From Tubiluchus corallicola (lineage: Eukaryota > Animalia > Priapulida): a stretch of 64,000 nucleotides of DNA. The stretch covers positions 2,108,001 to 2,172,000 of the forward strand of contig JAQGDQ010000002.1 of the NCBI GenBank assembly GCA_030141605.1. Reading direction: 5' to 3'. The notes under the pieces were generated by a model that worked only from the letters and a program-made list of their open reading frames with translations, was not told where the DNA came from and searched no databases. Numbering within the stretch: position 1 is the first letter of the stretch; each line of letters begins with the position of its first letter. Both the position numbers and the translations under genes were made by a program. This document shows positions 13,623 to 26,100 of this stretch, one piece after another.

Positions 13623-16600
13623 CTGCAAAAAATAAAAATAAATTTAAGTTCGTGCAACAACAACAATATGTGCTTCTAAAGGACGGCCGTTTGTATTATC
13701 TGTTGCTTGTTAATTATACATAAGTTTATAATCACAAGAAAAATTATTGGTTGCAGTCTGCAAAGAACGTAGCCTGTTATGTTCGAAAAAGAATTCCGAA
13801 TTTTAGTTTCAATTCAAGATACACAAGTAAACAGAAGAGCGAATTAAATAATGTACAAACACAGAAATCAATAGCTACTACCATCTTTTTACAGGCGTTC
13901 TGAGTTAAGCAGCAAGTTTACTAGACAGAAAATAGTCGTAGATTTTGTAATAACGTTTATTTGAGAAATTGTGCTTTTACAGTGCCAAACAAAATCTGAG
14001 GCTGTAATTACCTATCTTCTGCATCAGGTTCGTCTTTACTCACTGAAGCTGTATCACTCATCGTTTCACCCAAACTCACTCCGCTGTCTCGATCCACATC
14101 CATGATATTTTTCAGTCTCGTAGCCATGGAGTCATCCGAATCTGTTCCGCCTTCAGATTCTACAAGATTAGAAGCTCGGGCAGACACATCCAGCATTTCT
14201 TTGCTGTTATCCGAAAAGTTGTTAGAGAGTTTGTGGATGATGGCTCGAGAACGAACTTCAAGTGAATTTAACATTGAATCTACAAATGCAAGATGTTAAT
14301 AACATTAATGATGTCACTTCTGTGCAGCAAGATTTCTTGCAGAAAACTTCTCCCAAAAAGAAAACGTAAGGACTTACTGCTAAAGAAGCTTTACGAAGGG
14401 AAAACAATGAAGTTACAGTACTTACCAGTCAGTGACATTTCTTTCATCAGCTCATTTCTTGTTTGCTCTCCACTTTGCGAAATTACTTTCTCTGCTGTTT
14501 CTTCCAGCATGTGGTAGCGACGTCGGAGACTACATATTTCTGTGTCAGTGCTCTGCAAAAAAACAACTTTGTGATTAAGTGCAATACATAAAATAAAGCA
14601 ATGAAAGGCCAAAAAATAACTCTAAGAGAAAAATTTATAAACTACAACCAAAGATTTCAATTATACCAAAATTTAAATATCTTAAATTTTAGTTAAATTG
14701 AGTTAAAATAGCTGCTGTCCCAACCCATGTAGTGTTTACTGCACTAAGTTTAAGGCTTAAACTGAACACCACGATTTGAATGAGAACTAGAGCGAAACCG
14801 TCTCGCCTTTGTTTTTATATGACTGTCTTGTCATATACATCTAAGAAAAATATGACACAATATTATTCTTACTAGTGCATCAGATAATTTCTTTTGAAGC
14901 GTTTCGTCATCCATAACTAATTCGTTGTCAACAGTCGATGTTAACATTGCCAGCTTGCAGTCACACGTCGAACAAACGCACTTTATTTCCCGTACTCCAT
15001 CCAAAAACCGACGCCACTGTTCGAGTGTTGATTCTAGTAGAGTTAATCTGGATGATGTGCTAAATGTAAAACAAGCAATTTAATTAAATAACTCTTGTGT
15101 TCATAGGACTTATTTTGAGTAAATGAATCACTTTTATAGTGATTGTTTACTAATAGTGAAAAGGTTACTAAGCAGTTTCATAAACTTGATGTGAAGTACA
15201 TGTATATTATATGACAAAAAATGACAGCATTGGAATTATTGTCTATTACACACTTCCCACGCTATTGAAATTGCTTTTGACCACTACGATGACTTCTCAT
15301 AAGACCTGGTCAACGAAACCAAAAAGAAATAATAGCCATAGGTATTTACCTTTGCATCTCTCCATCCCACATCAGGTAAAGATCAGTGACATGATCTTGC
15401 ATTGAATGTACATCTACACGATGGTGCTCCACCATGTATTTATGCAAAGCAAGATTTGCTGCTAGAACACTGTTTCTCAATTCCTCCAGATGCACTTGCC
15501 TTTCCTGTAAAAATCAAAACCAATTGATTTAACTATGTAAATTTTATTAAAAAATACAACATTTTAAAATGTTTGAATGAGGAGTGGTATTTATTACATT
15601 AGGTAACAAAATTCCTGACCTTCAACATATTTACAGTTGTTTCTAAAGCGTCGTAGCTCTCTTGGGCTGCGATGTCATTAAGTAGCTCTTCTCCACAGAT
15701 GGAATTCAGTGTTTTGCTGAGAACCTGAATCTGCCGCTGTATGACTTGGAGTTCGTATGCTTGACTTTGCCGCAATCCAGCCTCAGCTTCAAGTTCTTCC
15801 CACTGACTTATTAGATCTAAAACATCAAAGAGATATGCATTTCTTCAGAAAATGAGAATATGAACAGCACAAAAATAAAAGTAAACCATCTTACTGTTTT
15901 TATAAATACTTATAGTCTAGTTCTCAAAATTAAAGTCATGTAAAATTTGATAATGTGATGCTTAGATTAAGTGAATCATGCAAAATTAGAAAACATTCAT
16001 TTAAGTTTCACGATCAGATTACATCAGAAGACGAAATAAGAGTCAGACAGACTTGCTGAACGTCGTGTGAATGGGAAAATTTAACATGCAACTTGTCGGA
16101 TGAAGTAGGAAGGCGCTCTACTTTTCATCCAATTTCGTGATTTTACAACCAATAATAGAACTTCATGTGACATCCTATAGACTTAATATAAAGAGAGAGG
16201 AACAATTTGTGTAAAAACTGTCAGTGATACATCACTAATTAGAACCGAACACAGCAAATGTAAGCAATAAAATAAGAAAACAGAATGAGGAAAGTACCTG
16301 CCACAGCATCTAAGTCATCATCAGTGATAGAGACGACATCTTGATCAGACTGCAAGTGATCACATATCACTTGTAAACAGCGAATATTTGTTTGACACGT
16401 GGCTAACAACTCTGCCTACCAACAGACAAAAGAAACATTAATTTAATGCAGCTGTATCATCTGCCAAGGGAATTTGCAACTTGAACTTTAAAATTGTTTT
16501 TGTACAGTAAACCTCGTTATACTGCCCCCAACACCCGTTGTACGACTATACTCGCTTAATGCCCGCAAAACAGCCGGGAATGAAACAGCTGCATTCAAAT

Positions 16601-19600
16601 GTATATAAAAATGACCTGTTGTACTGCCTCCCATTACGTGCCATCCACGAGGCAAATTAATATATGTATGTTCAATAGGGAAATACCACCAGCAGTCTCA
16701 ACTAGTGCCAGCGGTTTCTTGACATAATGAGGATGTGCCAGCTGTATGAGGATGCTATGTGCTCCACTGAGTTGCTGGCACTGGTAAAACGCCACTTGTC
16801 GTATAAAGCAAAGCATGTTATCATGCTTTAATTGTTTGTAAGCTGTACAGTACACTTTACAATTACAATAATATTAATGGCAACGCAGTCATAATGGCAA
16901 CTGAAAAGAAAAAATGCGGCTCTTTTCAAAGAATCATCCATGCAAATCCCGGCAAGAAATTTGTAGCCACGATTAAGCCTTTTTACACAAGTAGTGGAGC
17001 ACTAGGCCTACATTACAGTCTATTATATAGTTGAATACACGAGTTTATATAGTTACACAAAAAGTTCTTGATAACGTTGATTGATTTTAAGGGAGTCACT
17101 AATTTAAGAATGATTAATTTAATTATTTTCACTTTAGAGTGAAAACAGAGGACTGTAAGCTGGGTTCACTTGTATGACTACTTTGTGATTTGTCTCAAGT
17201 AAAATTTGATACACTCATTACAATGCAAACTCACTATAATGCCTCTTTTTCCAGTCCCAAAGTAGGCAGGTATAAAGAGAGGTTTTGACTGTACTACTAC
17301 CTCCATATCAACTATAAGTACCACCACAATGGCACCATCAGGGATTTGCCAATCTGATAATTAATACGTGATCGATAAACAAATTTGCATATCAGAACAG
17401 ATAAGAGATCGGGTCGATATTATTGGTAATGGTAACGTGGCCATAAGCCTAAAATGTGCAGTTAAGTTAAAATAAATTAAAATTCAACTTAATTTCTGTG
17501 ACAGTTAACCACTGCATAGAAAAGCAAGAAATCAGTTAATGGCCAGAAGGTGGCTTAAATTATTTTTTCTAATGAATTATGAGGTGTTAACCTGAATTTG
17601 TAATTATATGCTTACTCTTAATAAAAGATAATATTAAGCATTCGTTAATTGCTGTATTAAGGCTGAAGTAAACAAAATACGTCAGATAATGCACAGAGGC
17701 AGCAGCCTAGCAAATGACTTTAAGTATAAATTATCCATGCATAATCTGTTACCCTTAACTACCATAAAATTAAGAAAAGTAAAAAAGGACCATAAAAAAC
17801 ATACATATTTTTGTGGGTCTATAGCTGGTTCTGCAACAAGTTTATCTAGTGCTCCACGTGCTACATATATTTGATTGCTCGACTCGAGCATAACGTGGTG
17901 TAAATCTTCGACATCCGAATCGGAATCATCATCGACCGGACTCGACAGCTGTGTAGACTTCTGCAAAATATTTACACATTTTCTACACTCACTGCTTCAA
18001 AATTTCGCTTGCTTTTGCAATATTTTATTTTCACAAAATCGTTAACAGGCACACATTTTGCAACTTAAAAAAACATACCCCAAAATTTCCATTACTCGCA
18101 ATTTATTGTAACTTCACTTTTGTAACAAAATTGATGTTGAACTAATGAACTAACCCATTTAGCTGGAGTGCTACTGACAAATTCACCACGATTGTGGGAG
18201 AAGTTTCTTCGCAGAGGCGAGTCGAGGGAGTGAACATCACTATCATTGTCCGTCTCCACTATTGCTCTGCGATAATCTTCACCATCATTCTCAATCATTC
18301 GGCAAGCCTTTTCTCTCCATCCTGATTGGTCAGTTCCGCTTGACTGATATAATGGCTCCTTCAGAATGCAAGATTAAAATTAATTGAAAATGATCAATAA
18401 ACTTATAAGGCTGGTAAATTTAATGTAAAAAAAGTTTTATAGCATATGCATGTATTCATAGTTCATGTGGAGGAGTTCACACAATGCCTCATACAATAGA
18501 AAATTTTAAACCCATCTAAAATGAATACTAGAAGTTTTACTTAATCACCTGTTAAAAAATGAAAGCAATGTCTGTTATATAACAGCATCTTATAATAAGG
18601 CAAGCAAAGAACTAATACAGCATAATTCATTAGCGTAGTAAAAGAACTTTCCACACAGAGCTACACTACTTAGCATTATGCTTACATGTTTGAAAGATTT
18701 GTGTAATTGAAAAAGAAAATTCTTAATAATTTAAAATGCTGGTGAATGGTACAGCACTTTCATCTTAGTGTGCCCTGACAATATAAAGTAATTTAAACTT
18801 CTGTTTAGTTAATAAAGAACGTACTAAAAATGTTTTGATTATTTTTTCAAACTTTGTGCAATGTTATCTAGACTTCACTTGACTTATCATTAAAAATGTT
18901 TCTGCTGACTTATCATTAAAATAGCTATGACAAATGGTCATCACAGAAGTTTAAATTCAAGCAATCCTGGTTAGTTTTTTGCTTGCTGGCAAACACAATT
19001 CTATTTCAATTACTAAAAATCTTCTTTTCTACTAGCCCAAGCCCTTCAAACAAGTACCAGTTAACTGACAGAATTTTAATTTATAATATTTTTGATACAA
19101 ATTCCTAATGCTTTCTTTGAGAGGAGTTTGTATAAATATATTTGATTTGTTTTCTTACTTGGTAAGTATCCCATGCAGCATCTGAGAGGGAAGCTATGGT
19201 CTCTGCTTGTTTACTGCGCTGCGATTCACTCTGTTCATCATCATGTTCTGTCACGCTCAGGTCTAATCTTGGAACGTAATCATAATGTACGATGCCATTC
19301 TCTGCTTCTGATGAAGCTCCTAGAAATAGTAATTTTCTAATAAAGCAAACAAGCAGGCAAGAAACAAAATGAATCATGAGAAGAATGAAAAAGGTTAGCA
19401 AATGTTCAATTGTTCCAGTGCTCGCAGAAAATTAAACAATATATATTGAGGAATATTGTTGTGCATATCAAATGCTAACTACAGTCTCAGTCAGTATCCA
19501 CTTAATCGAAAACGACGTTGTGTAAGTACAGTCATATCTCCGTTATCTCCATACTCGTACAAATCGGTTTTCGACCAGAAAATTCAAGCTGAAATTGTCT

Positions 19601-20108
19601 CCGCTCTCGACGAGAATTTTGGTACGCGACCAACCGCCAGACACGTGATGAACGCATGTGCGGAGAGCCTAGTAGAGCCGAGCGTAACCGACCGCACCTG
19701 AGAGTAGTCACGCACAACATTTGAATCGCCTAACATCATTAAGTGCTTTCTCCGCTTTTTTCATGCAGGAATAATTATGTTTTTCTTTCTAAGTAATTCC
19801 ATTATGTTTTTCTTATCAATTATATCATATCTACTGTTTGAATAAACATTTTTGCATTATTATATTTCGTTTTAGTAATACTTTACAGTTCATTTGGTGC
19901 TTGAGAACAGATTATTTGCTTTAAACTGTGCAGTAAACTGTGGATTGCCACATTTGTATCACAATAACCGCAAAGAAGGAAGCCTATATTCGATGACATT
20001 TTTAATATAAATTACATACACAATGGGTGCAGAGAATGTGTACTACTCACTCTAACCAATTAACAAAATGCAAGACTAATTTTTGTTATTTGAATCAGTT
20101 TTCATGAC

Positions 20109-20153
<45 letters not shown>

Positions 20154-23100
20154 TGCTGAATTTTTTTCTATACATTTCAAAAAACTATGGTAGTAAAATA
20201 ATAGTCCACACAGTGTACTAGAGAAGTAATTTATAAACATATGTAAAAATTTCTTACTTACCAACAGTTTCTTTGCTTCCACTACTAGAAGAGTGAAGAG
20301 AACGTCCAAGAAGAAATGACAAACCTGACCCTGATGATCCATTGAAAGTGATCGTTTGTGAAGATCCATTCGGACTATTAGAATTAGCCCGACGACTTCG
20401 GGACATTCGCGCTCTGTTACGTCGCTGCATTCGACGATATTCCGACGAATCAGTTTTACTCGGTGACCTTTGCCGAGGATTATCAGAACTGTCATGGCGG
20501 TTTGCCGGAAATTGTGGGTTGGAGACGGAAGTACGCATTGGCGGCCCACCAGAGAGAGAGTGTAATGCAGATTCAGAAATGGAAAAAGGTGTGAGATCAA
20601 GACGATTCGACAGCTGATATAGTTCGGTTATACTTTTTGGGCGACCATTCCATGAGCGTCGCTTGTTACGCAAAACTGATTGATCATGGGGATCTCTTGC
20701 AATGGGCAGTTCAACAGATCGCATTCTTCTGCGCTTGCTGGGTGAAATTGTACTAGCACTGATGCTATTGTCTTCATCAGAATAACCATCTTCAGCTCCA
20801 GTGCTTGTGTACTCACCTGATGCATCACAAGAGCTAACAGTACGAGGAGAAATAATCTCCTCAGCAGCAGATGAAGTCACATCTTCAGCAGCAGATGAAA
20901 TCATGTCTTCAACCGCAGATGTGCAGCTATCGCTAGCAAAATCATTTCTCAGCAGTCGATGTTCTCGTTTGGAAATGGTCTTCTGGTATTCCAGCCATGC
21001 CCGATACTGATCCGGTTCTTCTCCTGGCGTTGGAACATGATAAAGATCCAGTAATTTTTCATCAAAAAGCATAAGTTTTGCTTGCTGCTCCAGTTTGCTC
21101 TGAGAATCATAGCCAGAAGGTGATATTTCACTAGCTTCAGCGTAGCTGCCATCTAAGGCAATCATTGATGTATCGTCTACTGTATTTTTACCTGTTAATT
21201 GAAGGTCTGCTTCATTAGCAACACCAGCCTTTTGCATCAAAGTCATTTCTTTCTCACCAGTTTCGACAGTTAAGCCATAGCTCTCCATGCGCTGAAGCAC
21301 AAAATCAAGCCGAGTATGTGTCAGACCATCCAGATTATCCTGAAAGAGGGTACGATTCACACCTTCCGGGATTTTCTCTTCCGGTAAGTTTGCCAAATCT
21401 GCATCAACTGGAGTCATTTTGTAAAATGTCAGAAGAGGAGATGCATGAATGTGCTTCCACTCCTCTTCCGTATACCGATCAGGACCATGTTTGCTCTCAT
21501 TTGATGTCGGCTCTGTATCTTCCGTTCTAGCTGATCTTTTAAAAATTGGGTCTGATGGCGAGAGATTATAGCCACGCTCACTTTCGTCGTTGGACAAGTG
21601 AGCCGAACTTTCGCTGGAATAACCAATATCTTTCACAATCAGTTCGAGTTTCTCACCTTGTGTTATTGCATCGTGTAAATCTTGGACACCTCCGTCTCCA
21701 ACCATTGTGCTTTTGTCAGAGTATATTACTTTGCCTATACTTGACGAAGTTCTCTCTTGTTCCATATCAGAAGAGAATCGTTCATACTCATCAGCAGGGA
21801 ACGGTATCACATCGCTCACCTCGCTCTCAGAGTCATAACGAATGCACTCAGGACTGTTAGTGACGTTTTTTGATCGTAGGTTCAATCCGACCTGCGATGG
21901 GTGGTTAAAATTTGGCTCACCAGGTGACAGTGTGTATTGACTTGGTACTTTGCCAGTCTGAAAAAATAAAAAATTGGTGATTACTCTTTGCTGTAGATTA
22001 TGACTGTGAAAGCAAGTTCACCACTGTGGGTCTAAATAGAAAACTGTGTACTTATGTGTTGCATAAGATTACTAACAAACTGACAAAGGAAAGATTTATC
22101 TTCTGTTTTTGCTCTCTTATAGATTAAAATATCGTAAAGCTTAGACACGCAAACTACTGTATTCCTAAAAGTGTATAGCCTAGTGCATTACATAAAATAG
22201 TATTCTCAAAGATGGAGAGAGTTTTAGAGAAATGTCTGCTGATATAATTAGAACACTGTAATAACATATGAGATAAAAAAGAAATCAAGACTTAAAAGTA
22301 GGTCAAGAAACACATTCTAGAATTCTGGAATTTCCAGAGTTCTTCGATGATTTCTTCATTCCTTCACTCACTCACTTATTTCGCTCATCACCTTTTTTCA
22401 ACTCCAAAAGCATTTATCTGTATCAACTGAAATTTGATATAATGATTTGTTATGAAGTACGTGATTCAAAACAAAAAAAAATTATAGCAGCCCTTTCTTA
22501 ATTAGTTAACTGATTACAGCAGTTTAGTTTTAAAACGACTAAACGAGATATTATGTGAAGAGCAGAAGTGTGTGGTACCAGAAATATCTGCAGATTCACT
22601 TGAAGTTTTGGGCACAAAAATAGGGTAACCAAGGCTCAGTTCAGCAATTACCTTTACTTTCTAGCCTTATACTGGGAGTCGCTCAACAAACGGCAAAACC
22701 ACTCATTCCATTCTGAAAGCCCTAATTTAATCTCATGTAATTCTGATATTATAACAATTATTATATCAGTTCATTATATCAGTTTCTTATAACAATTAAC
22801 AAAAGACGTTATATTGCAAGGAAGCACACAGAGAGGGTCACACCTGCCTATTAGGAATCTATTGTTCACCATTTCAAGAATGCACTGCACCAATGCATTA
22901 GAAAGACCAGTTAATATAGATAATCGTTTTATAATTATAAGAAAACATTCATACTCATAGAAAGAGGGCAGTAACCTAAACGCATAGCAAGTAAACCATC
23001 ATGTTGTTGTAGTTATAAAAATGTATACAAAACGCTTCCTATTTATAACAACTGCTCACCGTTTCGAAAAGAGATGCTCTATTTTTCGCAGTTCGCTTAT

Positions 23101-26100
23101 TAGCCAACGTCCTATTTTTATAACTGTGAGTTATAACCAGAACTAAGCGACTGGACACCGTACAAGTGCGCGGAGGTTTTTTATCCATGCTGTCAAAAAT
23201 CTGTTTCCAAGTAGATGAATTGACGGAAACACTTATGATAACATTATCACAATGAACAGAAAAAGTAAAACGCTCTTGTTAAATTAATAATCCACAGAAC
23301 TGCACTCTTCAATTCACCAAAGTGTCATTCTCAATAAGAAGCAAATAGTCAACGACAAGGAGCTTACTTGAGAGGACACACTAGGCAAGTCTCCACTTGA
23401 AATGCGGCGTAAACAACGAACAAGACGATTGTTTGTTTGATTCAAGACTTTTTGCTTTTTGCATAGATCTAACATAATAACAGACGAATAAGATGTATCT
23501 CCTCAAGTCTTGGCAATGATGGAACACACAAAATCTTGGACAATGAGTTACTTCATCATATGCAACGTAAATGAACCAAATTAATAAATGCAAATTTGAG
23601 CTCTCAGGCGAATAATAGCTTAAAATCTTACACACGACACCTACACAATGCATCGAAATTCTTTGTTATAATATTTTCTCCGTGAATCAAAAGTAATAAA
23701 CGTTTCAACATTTCGGCATAAAATTTTTCTGTTGACTTTACCGTTGGTTTACGTGTCTAAATTTCATAATTATAATTTGTTTGTATTTAATTAGAACGGG
23801 TCCACCAGTGAACTGTAAAGGCCGGTGAGCTGGTTTTACAAAAAAAAAAACATGACATAATTTCAAGCAATGAAATGTAAGGAATTAGTATATTTTGGTT
23901 CATTAACGAAGGTGTTAAAACCTACTGAATATGATCAATACGTTGCACAGCAGAGCATTTAAATCCAGAACAACAATAAACACGAAAAGCATGAATAAAC
24001 TGGCGGTTGGGAAGCTTTGTGTGTCAAGCAAATGTTATTTTTGGGGTTGTTATAATTAAGAAAACGAAACAACAAGAAAACTTGAAAATGCTTGCAAGTG
24101 AAATTGAAACAAAATATTATACTAGGCAAGTAGCCAAGCAGGCACAACCCACAGAAATGGACTATTCTTTTCAAGTCATATTAGAAATTTGAAATAGAAT
24201 TTTACTTCGAAAATGAACTGACAGGATAGAGCTCTGTAAGCAACGCAAATAAACGCGCGGAAATTTACCACCCAAAGAGAGGGATTAGGGTTACAGGTAG
24301 CGTTCTGCTCATAATCTTAATCTGGTCATTCAAAGTCTCGACAAAACCGTCTAAAACAAATTTGCTGTAGCAGTAATTAGCAAGTCAAAGTTAACATGGA
24401 CGATTATTAATTCTGAAAAGCAAATTTACACTGACGCTGTTCGTAAGAGTGCCTACAATGTAGTCAAAATTAGCAAAATTGCTAGTTACTTTTATGACTG
24501 GCAAAAAATTGCGTTCAAGACGAAAAATGCACATTGTGATACCCGTAGTTATCACTGTGATCCATTTTGATAATTTTGCCTAACTTACTTCGAAGAGTCT
24601 GTAAGACTTTTGATAAATCGGGATACAAGTTCTTACAGTTCTGTGACTTTCGAAGAGTGAGAAATGTGATTAAGATCGCAATACCAACGAACGAAATATT
24701 TCAAAGAGAAAGTTCTGAAGTTTTAGACCCACTCAGCATAACACAGGAATAGTCCTTAATTTAAACACAATGCAGGTCAATTTCAACAGACAAAGCTTAA
24801 AAACTTGAGTGCAGAATTTTTTTACGTGCCCGACTATCGAAACGTACCGATCAACAAAAGATTTTATGCAGAAAATGTCTATCTTTCCCTAGGTAATGTT
24901 AGTGTCACAGAATGACAGAATTACAAAAGAAAACCCCTAGTAAATATAGTAGTCAAGAAATACTAAACGACAAAGTTCGGTCTGTGATTTAGCCTGCTTC
25001 AGAAGCAAAATCAACACCATATAATCGAATCCCGTTACTCAACTACAAATGAATACACGCTCCTCGAATGCACGGGAAAATTATTGATGTTTTGGGAAAA
25101 TGCCTCAAACTATTTCCTAAGTTCGTTCAACCAAAGAACTGAGTGCATCAAAATTCAATGTCTGTCTTTTCTTGACTATCGAAGAAACTAGAGACACAAA
25201 ACATCGCCAGAGAAAGCGGATAACGGAACGTTATAACGGTTAAACACAAGTGCTGTGTGGCGACTGGTCACTATCCACTGTCCTGTCATCAAAAGTATTC
25301 AAACTGCAATCACTTTCAACAGTTCACAAAGACACGTCTTATTACCACCAAGAGGAACTAATCACTAAATTCCGGACCGATGTGCAGATCAAGGTTGAAG
25401 ACTGTTCCACCTCGGCACCCCATGAGTGCCACTCAAACAAGCAAAGTATGTTTAGTGCGCTAAAAAATACACAAATGAATCATAGATTCAAGAATAACAT
25501 AAGGATCATCCGACTAGGACAAGGACCATTTTATGTAGAAGGTGGTGGGCCATACAGGTTAAGAATTGCCACGCTTCGCAAGCTTCATACTCGAGTTAAT
25601 TACAATTTTTAAAAGGAGTGGTTCTACAGATCTACACAATGGTGTTATGAATTTGCTTCTTATAGGACCTGGAATGGGGATTTGTTCAGAACAATAGCAA
25701 CACACTTGAAGTGGGTGTATTCTTTTTTGAGCGTAGTGGACGCAAAGTTGCCCAAAGAAGAATCCTAATTGCTATAGATCCTAATCAGATGACTAAATGG
25801 GTAGATCAGGACAGTAAATCAGGCTGACTGGCAACCCTCTCCTCCTTTTCACAGCCTTTTAAACTGACGACTGCTGGTAATTCTGACGACTGCTGGTAAT
25901 TCTTTCACCAGCTACAGCCCCACTTCAGCAGCAGGCAGCCAGTTAATGCAGCTGAAACAGGGCTTCAAGCTGTTTCCCTGATTTGTGCAATATATAGCAT
26001 GGTAGAATTCCATTTTCATCTCTTACTCCACCATTTGCACCACAATATAAGTTGCACCCAAGTTGCCACCGGCTTGAAATACGTACATGAAAAAAGGTTA

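Noticed and set aside
20076-21860. Multiple overlapping/antisense ORFs around the 543-aa ORF
   Set aside because: Shadow ORFs of the large coding exon; one runs through a (TA)n microsatellite.
22652-22712. Possible small exon with an AAG|GTAATT donor
   Set aside because: In-frame TAG in the phase needed to join exon 7.
25250-25767. 120-aa plus-strand ORF continuing past one stop, with a LINE-RT-like LKWVYSFLS
   Set aside because: No other RT motifs (e.g. YADD) seen; similarity too short to support a call.
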